A stretch of DNA of 64,000 nucleotides from Flavobacteriales bacterium (GCA_013214975.1 JABSPR010000020.1:1300-65299); one strand, 5' to 3'. Positions 45,959 through 57,373 are shown, counted from the stretch's first letter. Numbers and translations: made by a program. Notes: generated by a model not told the origin, from the letters alone.

Positions 45959-47317
45959 TTAGCTTATAGCGCTTATCACATCATGCTTAGTTATGATATG
46001 ATATTTATTGTCTTCTAGTTCTACAAGAACAGCGTTGTTATCTTTGTGAATTAGTCTGGACACTTCTTCAATTGATGCGTTTTTGCCAACAATAGGAAAG
46101 GAGCCTTTCATTATATCCTTGATAGGTGTATCTGCAACGTTTTTATCGTTAAAGTATAATTTAAACAAGTCGCTTTCATCAACTGAGCCCACAAGCCCAT
46201 TTGAGTCTTCCACAGGGATTTGTGAGATGTTATATTTCTTCATTCTCTCTATCGCGTGCGAAACAAGTTCTTCCGTTTTAACGGTAATCATAGGCTGATC
46301 TATATGATTGCTTATAAGTTGTACAGCTAATTTAATGTCTATGTCAAGAAAACCTCTGTCTCTCATCCAGTCGTCATTAAACATTTTGCCAACGTACCTG
46401 CTTCCATGATCGTGAAACATCACCACAACCATATCCTCTGGTTTAAAATGCTCTTTCAGCTGAAGTAATCCCTTTATAGCAGACCCTGCAGAATTACCAA
46501 CGAATATTCCTTCCTCTTTAGCGATTTTACGTGTGTAAACAGCCGCATCTTTATCGGTAACTTTTGTAAAACCATCAATAATATCAAAGTCTACATTTTC
46601 AGGAAGAATATCCTCGCCAATACCTTCAGTTATATAGGAGTAGATTTCATTTTCATCGAACTCACCGGTTTCATGGTATTTCTTGAAAACAGATCCATAT
46701 GTATCGATGCCCCAAAGTTTAATATTAGGGTTTTTCTCTTTGAGATATTTTCCAACTCCAGAAATAGTTCCGCCCGTACCTACTCCAGCAACGAAATGCG
46801 TAATTTCCCCTTCTGTTTGTTCCCAAATTTCAGGACCAGTTTGCTCGTAATGTGCGATGGCATTAGATGGGTTATCGTATTGATTTACATACCAACTATT
46901 AGGTGTCTCCTTAGCTAATCTTTTCGAAACTGAATAGTACGATCGCTCATCATCTGGTTCTACATTAGTTGGACAAACAACAACTTCTGCACCTACGGCT
47001 CTCAGTATATCCATTTTTTCTTTGGACTGCTTATCGCTAATAACACATATTAACTTGTAACCTCTCACTACTGCCACTAACGCAAGTCCCATCCCTGTAT
47101 TTCCAGAAGTTCCTTCGATAATAGTTCCTCCTGGTTTTAACCTTCCATCAGCTTCGGCATCGTCAATCATTTTAACAGCCATTCTGTCTTTAACCGAATT
47201 CCCTGGATTAAAGGTTTCTACTTTGGCCAGAACAAGCGCATCAATTTCTTTGGTTACATGATTTAACTTCACAAGTGGAGTATTACCAATGGTTCCTAAA
47301 ATATCCTCGAAATACAT
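45959..47317 (-). CDS. cystathionine beta-synthase-like protein (CysK-type PLP domain + tandem CBS domains)
   Basis: PLP-lysine region (ETFNPGNSVKDRMA), a glycine-rich loop (GTSGNTGMGLA) and a C-terminal CBS pair. Confidence 0.75.
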   Translation of the reverse strand: MYFEDILGTIGNTPLVKLNHVTKEIDALVLAKVETFNPGNSVKDRMAVKMIDDAEADGRLKPGGTIIEGTSGNTGMGLALVAVVRGYKLICVISDKQSKEKMDILRAVGAEVVVCPTNVEPDDERSYYSVSKRLAKETPNSWYVNQYDNPSNAIAHYEQTGPEIWEQTEGEITHFVAGVGTGGTISGVGKYLKEKNPNIKLWGIDTYGSVFKKYHETGEFDENEIYSYITEGIGEDILPENVDFDIIDGFTKVTDKDAAVYTRKIAKEEGIFVGNSAGSAIKGLLQLKEHFKPEDMVVVMFHDHGSRYVGKMFNDDWMRDRGFLDIDIKLAVQLISNHIDQPMITVKTEELVSHAIERMKKYNISQIPVEDSNGLVGSVDESDLFKLYFNDKNVADTPIKDIMKGSFPIVGKNASIEEVSRLIHKDNNAVLVELEDNKYHIITKHDVISAIS

Positions 47318-47332
47318 AATGCAGGTTGTTTA

Positions 47333-48589
47333 TTAGTTGATTTTAATCGTTTTGATAGGCAATATTCTTTTGACTATATACGATGGAATAATTAATGTTG
47401 TTGTGCAAATCACAAGTAGTCCAAAGTTAAGGAAGAGGACGTGAAAAAAGGTAATGTTTATGGGAACGTAATCAATAAAATAAGACTCTTGAGGAAGTGT
47501 TATTAACGAGTACTGATGTTGAATTAATGCCAGTCCAACTCCAATCAAGTTACCCCAGAATACTCCTCTGCCAATTATAGAGATTGATTGGTAGATGAAG
47601 ATCTTTTGAACTGTCCAATCCGTTGCGCCGAGTGCTTTGAGTATGCCGATCATCCCAGTACCTTCTAATATAGTAACCAGTAATGTTGAAATAATATTTA
47701 TTGATGCTACTAGAACCATCAATACAAGTATTATCTGAACGTAAATGTTTTGTAATTCTAACCAACTGAAAATTTCTGGGTGATTGGTGTCGACTGAGAT
47801 CGAAATGAGTTGTGAACCGATAGCATCGTATACATAGTCATTAATGCCCTCAAGATTATCGATATCATGAAGGAATAGTTCAAAACCACCAACTTCGTCA
47901 TTTTGCCAGCCATTTAGTTTCTGAACTACGTCAATATTTGTTAGAGCATATAGTTTATCAAAGTCAATTAGCCCTGTTTCATAAATACCGGCTATTTCAA
48001 ATTTCCTGATACGTTGTTTGTCATCTTTTAAGAAGTAAACAAACAAATTATCTCCTGCGCCAAGTTTAAGTTTGTCAGACATAAACTTCGAAAGCAATAT
48101 TTGATTCTTGCCTTTTTTATATTCGGGGAGCCTGTTACCCGAAATTATTTTACTCTCAAAGAAATCCCAATCGTAATTTTGATCAATGCCTTTGAGTAAA
48201 ATCCCATAGATCTCATCGTTGCTTTTTAAGATGCCAGTTTTAAGTGCATACCCTTGCGTATGGCGAATTTCTTTTACTGAATCAAATTCTTGTAAAAAAG
48301 GTTGATCTTCTTTTATAGGATAACTGTCGAAAGAGGTATTGTCGAAACTTGTTATTTGAATATGAGAACTAAACCCAATAACCTTGCTTGTAATTTGATC
48401 ACGATAACCGTTTAGTATAGCAATCGAAAGAATCATTATAGTTAATCCGAGAGCAATGCTAAAGGTTGCTACTTTAACAATAGTTCTAGATGTATTTTGT
48501 GAATCATTTTTACCAAAAATTATTTTTTTAGCAATAAAAAGTTCTAGATTCAAGGCGTAATTAGATAAGTTGAGAATTTTAAAATCCAC
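47333..48589 (-). CDS. FtsX-like ABC transporter permease (LolC/LolE-like)
   Basis: N-terminal FIAKK...TSRTIVKVATFSIALGLTIMILSIAILNGY, a large periplasmic loop and a C-terminal 3-TM FtsX domain. The called start is GTG, so the true start is uncertain. Confidence 0.7.
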   Translation of the reverse strand: MDFKILNLSNYALNLELFIAKKIIFGKNDSQNTSRTIVKVATFSIALGLTIMILSIAILNGYRDQITSKVIGFSSHIQITSFDNTSFDSYPIKEDQPFLQEFDSVKEIRHTQGYALKTGILKSNDEIYGILLKGIDQNYDWDFFESKIISGNRLPEYKKGKNQILLSKFMSDKLKLGAGDNLFVYFLKDDKQRIRKFEIAGIYETGLIDFDKLYALTNIDVVQKLNGWQNDEVGGFELFLHDIDNLEGINDYVYDAIGSQLISISVDTNHPEIFSWLELQNIYVQIILVLMVLVASINIISTLLVTILEGTGMIGILKALGATDWTVQKIFIYQSISIIGRGVFWGNLIGVGLALIQHQYSLITLPQESYFIDYVPINITFFHVLFLNFGLLVICTTTLIIPSYIVKRILPIKTIKIN

Positions 48590-49847
48590 AAGATTGAAAT
48601 CTAAAGATAAAAAATTAATCTTTTTAATAGTACTCTCTTTATTGGCTCTTTATAGTTGTGGTCAATCAGAAAAAGTTACTGGTAATAAAGTGATGAATCC
48701 GATTCCTGAGGAACGTGAAGTGTTTCTTGCTGGAAGTCATCAATTAAAGGCATATAAAGAATTGTTATTGGGTAAATCGGTTGCCGTTATTGGAAATCAA
48801 ACTTCCATGATAGGTAATATGCACTTGGTAGATGCCTTGCTTCGATATGATATTAATGTAACTAAAATATTTAGCCCAGAACATGGATTTAGAGGGGTAG
48901 GAGATGCAGGAGAACATTTAGCCGACTATACAGATGCTAAGACCGGTTTACCTGTTGTGTCTTTATATGGTAATAAGAAGAAGCCTAGCAATGAAGACTT
49001 AGACGGTATTGATGTTGTAGTGTTTGATATACAGGATGTCGGCGTTCGGTTTTATACATATATTTCGACAATGACATATGCGATGGAAGCATGTGCAGAA
49101 AATGATATCCAGATGATCGTAATGGATAGAGCAAATCCTAATGGGCATTTTGTAGATGGACCAGTTCTTGATCCAAAATTTTCATCTTTCGTTGGGTTGC
49201 ATAAAGTTCCTATTGTATATGGCATGACGATGGCTGAATACGCTCTCATGGTTAACGGAGAAGGTTGGTTGAAGAAAAAAAAGAAATGCGATTTAGTAAC
49301 AATCCCATGCAAAGGCTATGACCATGATTTTTTATACAAGCTTCCAATTAAACCGTCCCCGAATCTACCTAATATGTCCTCCATTTATTTGTATCCATCA
49401 CTTTGCCTTTTCGAAGGAACTACCGTAAGTATTGGAAGAGGGACAAAGAAACCGTTTCAATCTGTGGGACACCCAAAGTTAACTTTGGGTAAGTACTCAT
49501 TTACTCCTGAAAGCATAATTGGTGCAAGTCTTAATCCGAAACACAAAGGGGTGGCTTGTCAAGGTTTTGATTTAAGTATTTATGGGGAGAACATTATGCC
49601 TGCGAGTAAACAATTAAATTTATTTTGGCTATTAGATGTCTATAAGAACCTTTCAAGCGAAGATGATTTTTTCAATAATTACTTCAATAAGTTAGCAGGT
49701 AATTCGACATTGAAGGAACAAATAATAGAAGGTAAGAGTGAGGCCGAAATACGGAAAAGTTGGGAGAAGGATATTGCTGTATTTATGGAAATTCGAAAAA
49801 AATATCTTCTGTATCCCGACTTTAGCCAAAATTTGATTGAAAATTAA
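48570..49847 (+). CDS. DUF1343 family protein (NamZ-like exo-N-acetylmuramidase family), probable lipoprotein
   Basis: Conserved DUF1343 core (VAVIGNQTSMIG...FSPEHGFRG...VVFDIQDVGVRFYTYISTM...MDRANPNG). The signal peptide has LALYSCG. The called TTG start overlaps the divergent upstream gene start; an alternative TTG lies ~24 nt downstream. Confidence 0.7.
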   Translation: MRILKSTRLKSKDKKLIFLIVLSLLALYSCGQSEKVTGNKVMNPIPEEREVFLAGSHQLKAYKELLLGKSVAVIGNQTSMIGNMHLVDALLRYDINVTKIFSPEHGFRGVGDAGEHLADYTDAKTGLPVVSLYGNKKKPSNEDLDGIDVVVFDIQDVGVRFYTYISTMTYAMEACAENDIQMIVMDRANPNGHFVDGPVLDPKFSSFVGLHKVPIVYGMTMAEYALMVNGEGWLKKKKKCDLVTIPCKGYDHDFLYKLPIKPSPNLPNMSSIYLYPSLCLFEGTTVSIGRGTKKPFQSVGHPKLTLGKYSFTPESIIGASLNPKHKGVACQGFDLSIYGENIMPASKQLNLFWLLDVYKNLSSEDDFFNNYFNKLAGNSTLKEQIIEGKSEAEIRKSWEKDIAVFMEIRKKYLLYPDFSQNLIEN

Positions 49848-49901
49848 AGGCATCCTTTCTCACTGAAAAACGTTTCTACTAGATAACCTATAGGTTAATC
49901 G

Positions 49902-51401
49902 ATGGTAAAATGTAGTCGTGCTTATTTCTTATGGAGAATTGGAACTTTAGTTCTTATTTCTTCTCTGTTCTTTCTTAACAGTGCTTTGGGACAGTATAAT
50001 TGGGGGATGGTAAACAGTAATTATAACCCTGGTGTATCTCTATATAACAATCCTGCCTCAATAACAGACTGCAAGAACATAATGGACCTTACCTTTCTGG
50101 GTGTAAATCTGTATGTCAATAATAACTTTGCAACTATAAGACGAAAAGGAGTGCTTAAAGCATCTAGAGATTCTGTTGCCGCTGGTTATAAGAGTTTTAC
50201 CGACGATGTTTCTTATAATCAAAAGCCATAATCCTATGACATGGTATCGGAAATTGTAATTCAGCTTCCAGTATTTGTGTACAGTTCAGGTAATAATGGA
50301 TTTGCTTTATCTACACGGGACAGGGAAATGTTTGACGTACGTGGAATCCCTCGACACATTACCAACCAGGTATTAAATGGTTTTGAAGTAGCTGATATCG
50401 ATATTGATAATATCGATGAATTTAAGTTCGGTAATGTTCAAGGCTCCGCTCTTTCTTATCTTGAAATAATGGGTACCTATAGTCGTATCGTGATGAAAAC
50501 AAAATTTCAATTACTGACATTAGGAGCCTCCGTTAAATATCTTATTCCACATGCGGCGGCAGGTTTTAAATTTCATGAACTAAACTGCGATGATGCTGAT
50601 ATGTGGGTAGAGAACATGACATTGGAACAATTATTTGATACATCTTATTTTAGGTATAATGTAAATACAGAGTATCTGTTTACCTCTGGAGATGGGAATT
50701 CTCCATTGTTTGGTTTTAAACTGGGATCTGGTTGGGGATCAGATATAGGTTTAGAGTTAAAACACACAACCGATGAGGTAAGGCAGTACTTTCCCAATTC
50801 CCCATTAAGTAGATGTAGAGAAGTTGGTTACCGATACAAACTGGGTTTCGCATTTTTAGACATAGGTAGCGTTAAGTTAAAGAGCTACGCCAGCACCGTT
50901 TATAATTATAGAGACAGTTTGAGCGTAATGGTTCGGGATGGGGAAGTAGTTGTCGAAGGGGTAGGAGATGCTACAAGTAAATTTTGGGCTTCAGCATCTT
51001 CAACCGGCGGGGTTGTGTCGAAACCTAATAAAATTAAATTAGCCTCGGCAATGGCATTTCAATTAGAGGCAAGACTTAAAGAAGATGTCTATTTCGGAGT
51101 AAACTACGTTCATGGTTTTAAGAGAGATGCAGGCGTATATGGAGTTAAGAAACCATCAGTTTTTGCCTTTACAACAAGAATAGAAAAGGAGAAGTTTGAG
51201 TTTGCAATTCCCATCAGTGTTTATGAATTTGAACAGGTTCATATGGGAATGTCTTTTCGGTATGCTGGATTTTATATGGGTACAGATATGCTTGGAAATT
51301 ATTTATTCAAGAATAATGTATACGGATTAGACTTCTTCTTCGGACTTAAAGCCAGAATACCAGAGCATAAAGCTTGTCATAAAAAAATAAAAAAAGGTTG
51401 A
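49902..51401 (+). pseudogene. outer-membrane protein gene interrupted by a single in-frame TAA (ORFs 49902..50231 and 50241..51401 are in the same frame)
   Basis: Both ORFs lie in frame 0 and are separated only by the TAA at 50229..50231 plus three sense codons. The upstream part carries the signal peptide (LVLISSLFFLNSALGQ). The downstream part has no signal peptide but is beta-strand rich and ends in an OMP-like C-terminus. Confidence 0.45.
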
Positions 51402-51511
51402 GAGAAAAGCCTTTGTTGGGTCGTCAGTAATGAGAAAAGATTTTAGAATACACCATAAAGATTAGTCGTGGAATGGCTTTGTATTGAACGATTCAGGCTA
51501 TTAGCTTAGGT

Positions 51512-51898
51512 TTATTTTGACGAATCAATTACATTGCATCTAAAGCTAATGAATGCCGAAGTTTTCTTGGCATTACTAATTACTTCAATGTTTCTATCCT
51601 GATATCCGTATTTTCCTTTTGTACTAAACGTAACGTTTATTGAATCTTTCGCTTCTGGTAAAATAGGATAGTCTGGCCATTTAGGAATAGTGCAGCCACA
51701 TGTTACTGCGGCATCTTGAATTATCAATGGAACTGTCCCCGTATTTTGAAAGTAGTATGTGAATGGAATAATTGTGTCCTTTTCTACTTTACCAAGCTTA
51801 ATTACTTTCGACTCAAATTTTAGCACTGCATTATTTTCTTGCCCCATGGAAAGCAGACAAGAGTTTAAAAGGATAACTAGCAATAATAAATTTCTCAT
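51512..51898 (-). CDS. DUF1573 domain protein (secreted, CGCT motif)
   Basis: Signal peptide plus PLIIQDAAVTCGCTIPKWP. Confidence 0.65.
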   Translation of the reverse strand: MRNLLLLVILLNSCLLSMGQENNAVLKFESKVIKLGKVEKDTIIPFTYYFQNTGTVPLIIQDAAVTCGCTIPKWPDYPILPEAKDSINVTFSTKGKYGYQDRNIEVISNAKKTSAFISFRCNVIDSSK

Positions 51899-51902
51899 AG
51901 CA

Positions 51903-51935
51903 ACAAAAAAGCCGTCTCTAACGAAACGGCTTTAA
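51903..51935 (-). terminator. rho-independent terminator after 51954..52499 (minus strand)
   Basis: Plus-strand sequence AAAAAA GCCGT CTCTAACGAA ACGGC. On the minus strand this forms a hairpin followed by a U-run. Confidence 0.5.
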
Positions 51936-51953
51936 TGAATTAAGTTTTATAGA

Positions 51954-52499
51954 CTAGTTATCTACAGGTAAACCAGGAGTTGTAGGTTTAACTGGAGCTT
52001 CAGATGGAACTGAAGGTAGAGCTTCTACTTTTCCTTTTATTTTAATAACCTTAGATGCGCTTTTAGCATTTGAAGAGATAGTGATTGTTTTAGTAAAAGC
52101 ACCAATCCTTTTTGTGTCATAACGTACTTTGATTACAGAAGACTCACCTGGATTAATTGGTTCTTTTGGCCAATCAGGGATAGTGCATCCACAAGATCCT
52201 TTTGCATTTGTAATAATCAAAGGCTCTTTTCCTGTGTTCTTAAATACGAACTCTCTATATGGGTCAGAATTTTGTTTGATTGTTCCATAATCCAAAGTTT
52301 CATTTTCGAATTCCATGATAGCGGCATTAGGATTAACAACCGCAGGTGTTGTTTCTACTGCAGGTGCTGCTTTACGAGGAGTGCTACTTTTATTACCTGG
52401 AGTGCTTTTGAATTTTACTGGTCCATTCTGAGCCAAAACAGTTCCGGATGCAGTTAGCATACCTGCTACGATGCAAATGCTTATGATTGATTTTTTCAT
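51954..52499 (-). CDS. DUF1573 domain protein (secreted, CGCT motif, with a Pro/Ala/Thr-rich N-terminal linker and C-terminal extension)
   Basis: Signal peptide plus PLIITNAKGSCGCTIPDWP. Paralogous to 51512..51898. Confidence 0.65.
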   Translation of the reverse strand: MKKSIISICIVAGMLTASGTVLAQNGPVKFKSTPGNKSSTPRKAAPAVETTPAVVNPNAAIMEFENETLDYGTIKQNSDPYREFVFKNTGKEPLIITNAKGSCGCTIPDWPKEPINPGESSVIKVRYDTKRIGAFTKTITISSNAKSASKVIKIKGKVEALPSVPSEAPVKPTTPGLPVDN

Positions 52500-52672
52500 T
52501 GTAATAAGTTTGTGTTTTTATTATAGTTACAAATATAGACAAAAATGCCTTTTGCACTTTTGCCTTTAACGTCAGTTATGTTGCTAAAATTGTGCCACTT
52601 TCGACGCCAATTCTATCTAGGATTTATTAGCGTCTTTTAGTAGCTTCGCATTCCCCTAAAAACAGTAATACA

Positions 52673-55285
52673 ATGGAGATTTCAGGCAATTACGATTTTG
52701 TAAAAAGTGAAGAAAAATGGTATTCGCATTGGATGGATCGAGGTTTTTTTAAATCTACTCCTGATGATAGGGAACCATATACAATAGTTATACCTCCTCC
52801 AAATGTTACCGGTGTTCTGCACATGGGGCACATGCTCAATAACACACTTCAAGATGTACTTATTCGTAGAGCTAGAATGCAAGGAAAAAATGCTTGCTGG
52901 GTTCCTGGAACCGATCATGCATCTATTGCAACTGAGGCGAAGGTAGTGGCTAAGTTAAAAGAGGAAGGAATAAGTAAGAATGATCTTTCTCGAGATGAGT
53001 TTTTGGAACATGCTTGGGAATGGACACATAAGCATGGTGGAATAATCTTAGAACAGCTTAAGAAGCTTGGTGCTTCATGCGATTGGGATCGAACCAGATT
53101 TACATTGGATGAAGATTTGTCTGTTGCCGTTACTCAGATGTTTATTGACTTCCATAAAAAGGGATACATCTACCAAGGGGTTAGAATGGTAAATTGGGAC
53201 CCCGTTGCTCTTACTGCTCTTTCGGATGAAGAGGTAATTCACAAAGAGAAGCAGTCGAAGTTATATCATATGAAGTATGATATAGTTGGTGAAGACAGAC
53301 AAGTAATAATTGCAACTACACGACCTGAAACAATATTAGGAGACACTGCAATTTGTGTAAATCCAAACGATACTCGTTACGATTGGCTTAAAGGCAAGAA
53401 AGCAATTATTCCAATTGTAGGAAGAGAGGTTCCTGTGATTTTCGATGAGTATGTGGATATGGAATTTGGTACAGGAGTACTTAAAATAACACCTGCTCAC
53501 GATGTAAATGATTACAACCTTGGAATCAAACACAAGCTAGAAACCATCGATATATTTAATGACGATGCAACGATTAACGAAGTTGCTAAGCTATACGTTG
53601 GCTTGGATCGATTTAAGGTGAGAAAGAAAATTGTGGTTGATCTCGAAGAGGCTGGACACATTGATAAGATTGAAGACTATACCAATAAAGTTGGTCATTC
53701 GGAACGTACAGACGCAGTTATAGAACCTAAATTATCTAAGCAATGGTTTTGTAAAATGGATGAGTTAGTTAAGCCAGCAATCTCTGCAGTAAAAGATGGT
53801 GAAGTGAAGTTGCATCCAGATAAGTTTTCTAAAACTTATTTCCACTGGATGGAGAATATCCAAAACTGGTGTATATCTCGACAGTTGTGGTGGGGGCATC
53901 GTATTCCAGTTTACTATTTACCGGATGGGGAATATATTGTTGCAGCTACTGTTGAAGATGCAATTGCGCAAGCAAAGGAAAAAGGATTTGGAGCGGATGA
54001 TCTTAAACAAGATGAGGATGTATTGGATACTTGGTTCTCATCTGCACTTTGGCCTTTGTCTGTTTTTGATGGAATAAAAAATCCTGATAATGAAGAAATA
54101 AACTATTACTATCCAACGAATGATTTAGTAACGGCTCCAGAGATTTTGTTTTTCTGGGTAGCACGTATGGTTATTTCTGGATACGAGTATAGAAATGAAA
54201 AGCCTTTCGAGAATGTATACTTAACGGGTATTGTTCGTGACGAACAACGTAGAAAGATGTCGAAGTCGTTGGGGAATTCTCCAGATCCGATAGAATTGAT
54301 GGGGAAATATAGCGCTGACGGTGTTCGTGTTGGTATGTTATTTTGCTCACCTGCAGGGAATGATTTAATGTTCGATGAGAAGCTTTGTGAACAAGGCAAG
54401 AAATTCTATAATAAGATTTGGAATGCTTTTAAATTGATTAAAGGATGGGAGATTGATGCGTCTTTATCTCAGCCAGAAACTTCGAAGATTGCTATTGATT
54501 GGTTCGATTCTAAATTTAGTATTGAACTTGAGAAAGCAAATTCTAGCTACGATCAGTATAAGATTTCGGAAGTTCTAATGATTTCTTATAAATTAATCTG
54601 GGATGATTTCTGCTCAAATTATTTAGAGATGATTAAACCAGAATATCTAAAGCCGATTGATAAAGCTTCTTATGATGCGACGGTTAAGGATTTGGAGAAA
54701 GTACTAAAGGTGATCCATCCCTTTATGCCTTTTATTTCTGAAGAGATTTGGCATTTGGTTGGAGAAAGATCAGACGATGATTGTATCATGGTTTCGGAAT
54801 GGCCGGCTGTTTCTGCGATAGACCAAGATGTGATTAAGAAAATGGAAGTTGCTCTGGGTGTTATCGGAGGAGTTCGTAATATTCGGAAACAAAAGAATAT
54901 TGCTCCAAAAGAAAAACTGGATCTGAAGGTTAAAAAAGATGATTCGATCAATTCTTCGTTTGATTCTATCATTGTTAAAATGACGAACCTCAATAGCATT
55001 GAAATAGTAGAAGAAAAAATGGAAGGAGTTCCTTCTTTTATGTCAGACGCAACTCAATATTATATTGATTTCAAGGAAGAGGTTAATGCAGAAGAAAAGG
55101 CCGAAGAACTTAAGAAAGAGCTTGTTTACTTTAAAGGCTTTTTAACAGCTATCGATAAGAAATTAAGTAATTCTAGGTTTGTGGATAATGCACCAGAGCA
55201 AGTTATTGTTGGTGAACGAAAGAAACGACAAGATACCGAAACGAAGATTAAACTAATCGAAGAGCAACTTAGTTCTTTGGCATAA
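52673..55285 (+). CDS. valS: valine--tRNA ligase
   Basis: HMGH-type motif ([16 protein letters not shown]), KMSKS motif (KMSKSLGN) and a C-terminal coiled-coil. Length is 870 aa. Confidence 0.95.
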   Translation: MEISGNYDFVKSEEKWYSHWMDRGFFKSTPDDREPYTIVIPPPNVTGVLHMGHMLNNTLQDVLIRRARMQGKNACWVPGTDHASIATEAKVVAKLKEEGISKNDLSRDEFLEHAWEWTHKHGGIILEQLKKLGASCDWDRTRFTLDEDLSVAVTQMFIDFHKKGYIYQGVRMVNWDPVALTALSDEEVIHKEKQSKLYHMKYDIVGEDRQVIIATTRPETILGDTAICVNPNDTRYDWLKGKKAIIPIVGREVPVIFDEYVDMEFGTGVLKITPAHDVNDYNLGIKHKLETIDIFNDDATINEVAKLYVGLDRFKVRKKIVVDLEEAGHIDKIEDYTNKVGHSERTDAVIEPKLSKQWFCKMDELVKPAISAVKDGEVKLHPDKFSKTYFHWMENIQNWCISRQLWWGHRIPVYYLPDGEYIVAATVEDAIAQAKEKGFGADDLKQDEDVLDTWFSSALWPLSVFDGIKNPDNEEINYYYPTNDLVTAPEILFFWVARMVISGYEYRNEKPFENVYLTGIVRDEQRRKMSKSLGNSPDPIELMGKYSADGVRVGMLFCSPAGNDLMFDEKLCEQGKKFYNKIWNAFKLIKGWEIDASLSQPETSKIAIDWFDSKFSIELEKANSSYDQYKISEVLMISYKLIWDDFCSNYLEMIKPEYLKPIDKASYDATVKDLEKVLKVIHPFMPFISEEIWHLVGERSDDDCIMVSEWPAVSAIDQDVIKKMEVALGVIGGVRNIRKQKNIAPKEKLDLKVKKDDSINSSFDSIIVKMTNLNSIEIVEEKMEGVPSFMSDATQYYIDFKEEVNAEEKAEELKKELVYFKGFLTAIDKKLSNSRFVDNAPEQVIVGERKKRQDTETKIKLIEEQLSSLA

Positions 55286-55293
55286 GCAGTAGA

Positions 55294-56301
55294 ATGGATA
55301 GTGAACTTATATCCATAATAATGCCTGCGAAGAATGCTTCACGATTCATTCGCGAATGCCTCGATTCGATTGTATCTCAGCAAGAACAGAACTGGGAACT
55401 AATTATTGTAAACGACAATTCGTTAGACGATACAATGGCTATAGCCTCTGGTTACTCTGCCAAAGATTCCCGCATTCAAGTTCTCGATAATAATGGCAAT
55501 GGAATTATTGATGCGCTTAAAACAGGCTATCGTATATCGAAAGGGAAGTACACTACCCGTATGGACTCCGACGATATAATGCCTGCAATAAAATTAAAGG
55601 AGTTAAAGAATATTCTAATATCGAATGGAGAAGGGAATCTTGCGACTGGCAAGGTAAAGTACTTTCCGGAGGATGAAATTAAAGAAGGCTTCCTTAATTA
55701 TGCCAATTGGCTTAATATGCTGTGTGCAGAGAATAGCCAGTTCAATGATATATACAAAGAGTGTGTGGTTGCGTCACCTTGTTGGATGATTCATCGTACG
55801 GATTTTGAAGCGCTGGGTGCCTTCGATTCAAGTATGTATCCAGAAGATTATGAGCTCGTTTTTCGATTTTACAAGTATGGGTTGCAAGTTGTCTCTTCTC
55901 AAGATGTGTTGCATCTATGGCGAGACCACCCGTATAGGGCTTCGCGAAACGACGAGAATTATTCCAATCCCCATTTTTTCAAACTCAAAACAAAGTTCTT
56001 TTTAGAGCTAGAATTCGACAACACGAAAGAATTAGTATTATGGGGAACTGGGCCGAAGGGAAAGGCGCTTGCCGATAATTTATTGGCCAATGATGTTTCC
56101 TTTACTTGGATGTGCAACAACGAAAGAAAGTACGGCGTGAACATTAAAGGGTTGATAATTGAACCTTACGAAGATTTGAAGAAGAAGGATAATTATCAAT
56201 TAATCATTGCTATTTCACAACGTAATGCGGTGGAATATATAAGTTACTATTTGGGTGAGCTTGGACTCGCGAGAAACAAAGATTATTTCTTTTTCTGTTA
56301 G
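55294..56301 (+). CDS. glycosyltransferase family 2
   Basis: GT-A fold N-terminus (ISIIMPAKNASRFIRECLDSIVSQ...ELIIVNDNSLDDT...DSDDI, a DxD motif). Confidence 0.75.
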   Translation: MDSELISIIMPAKNASRFIRECLDSIVSQQEQNWELIIVNDNSLDDTMAIASGYSAKDSRIQVLDNNGNGIIDALKTGYRISKGKYTTRMDSDDIMPAIKLKELKNILISNGEGNLATGKVKYFPEDEIKEGFLNYANWLNMLCAENSQFNDIYKECVVASPCWMIHRTDFEALGAFDSSMYPEDYELVFRFYKYGLQVVSSQDVLHLWRDHPYRASRNDENYSNPHFFKLKTKFFLELEFDNTKELVLWGTGPKGKALADNLLANDVSFTWMCNNERKYGVNIKGLIIEPYEDLKKKDNYQLIIAISQRNAVEYISYYLGELGLARNKDYFFFC

Positions 56302-56434
56302 GGTGTAATGTTATTTATATAATAATATAACTGATTAAGTAAAGTAGTTTATTTAATAAACTATAATATTTATTTACAATGAAATACGAATGCTTCGTTT
56401 GGATCCGTTTCTGTATATTCGATAAAATCAATTC

Positions 56435-57373
56435 ATGAGACTATTCCGCAAACTGTTGTTTTTAGTTTTACTCTTAGGATGTTCAGGGATTTCTTTCGCG
56501 CAAGACAAGGTATTTACCCAGAGTTATAGCGCACCAATATATTTAAACCCAGCATTTACTGGTTATACAGATGAGGTCAGAATTGTATCCAATTACAGAA
56601 ATGCTTGGCCAGCCCTTAACGGGCAATTTATAACGCACAATGTTTCGTACGATCAATATATAAATAAACTGGGTGGAGTGGGGCTTAATATGATGCGAGA
56701 TAAAGAAGGTGATGCGTTAAAGACTTATTCGGTGTCGATTAACTATTCTCCAATGTTTAGGCTTTTTAAAGAGAAATTGTCAATTAGTCCTGCGATAGAG
56801 CTAGGATGGAGAAGAAAAACCTTAGACTGGTCGAAACTTGTTTTTGGAAATCAAATTGATGATCGGTTTGGGTTTGCTCATCAGCAATCCACGGAGCTTA
56901 TGGAACCTCAATCAGATGTTCTAGATATTAATTCGGGAATATTAATTAGTCATGGAGGGTTCGTTTATGGAATTGCGGTGCATCATTTAACAACACCGGA
57001 TGAGGGACTAGGGAGTGTTTCGTTACTGCCTAGAAAATATACGGGTCATATACTTTACTCTCTTGAATTCGAAAATGAATTCCGATTTTCTCCGTCTGTA
57101 ATATTTCAACGACAAGGAGATTTTCAAATGATGACACTTGGTATTATGAGTGGATTTAAGGATGTGAAATTTGGAATTGCATATCGTAATGGCGACAGCT
57201 TTATTGCGATGGCCGGTTATAGGCACAAAGCTTTTGCTTTGAATTATAGTTATGATGTAACAACGTCAAAACTTAATATTCAGAACTCCAATGGAAGTCA
57301 TGAGTTGAGCCTCACGGCTAAATTTGGCGGCAAAGACGAGAAGAGAAAGGGAGTAGACTTTGTGAGCTTTTAA
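56435..57373 (+). CDS. type IX secretion system membrane protein, PorP/SprF family
   Basis: Signal peptide followed by the family N-terminal pattern (AQDKVFTQSYSAPIYLNPAFTGY). Length is ~310 aa. Confidence 0.75.
   Translation: MRLFRKLLFLVLLLGCSGISFAQDKVFTQSYSAPIYLNPAFTGYTDEVRIVSNYRNAWPALNGQFITHNVSYDQYINKLGGVGLNMMRDKEGDALKTYSVSINYSPMFRLFKEKLSISPAIELGWRRKTLDWSKLVFGNQIDDRFGFAHQQSTELMEPQSDVLDINSGILISHGGFVYGIAVHHLTTPDEGLGSVSLLPRKYTGHILYSLEFENEFRFSPSVIFQRQGDFQMMTLGIMSGFKDVKFGIAYRNGDSFIAMAGYRHKAFALNYSYDVTTSKLNIQNSNGSHELSLTAKFGGKDEKRKGVDFVSF

Noticed and set aside
48570-48594. 20-nt divergent overlap of the start codons of the LolE-like (GTG) and DUF1343 (TTG) genes
   Set aside because: Both called starts are non-ATG and probably over-extended. 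The in-frame TTG at ~48594 gives a better lipoprotein signal peptide for DUF1343, so this is not treated as a real overlap.
52500-52672. Candidate sigma-A promoter upstream of valS (two TTTG elements; TAAAATTG)
   Set aside because: No exact TAnnTTTG -7 box at proper spacing.
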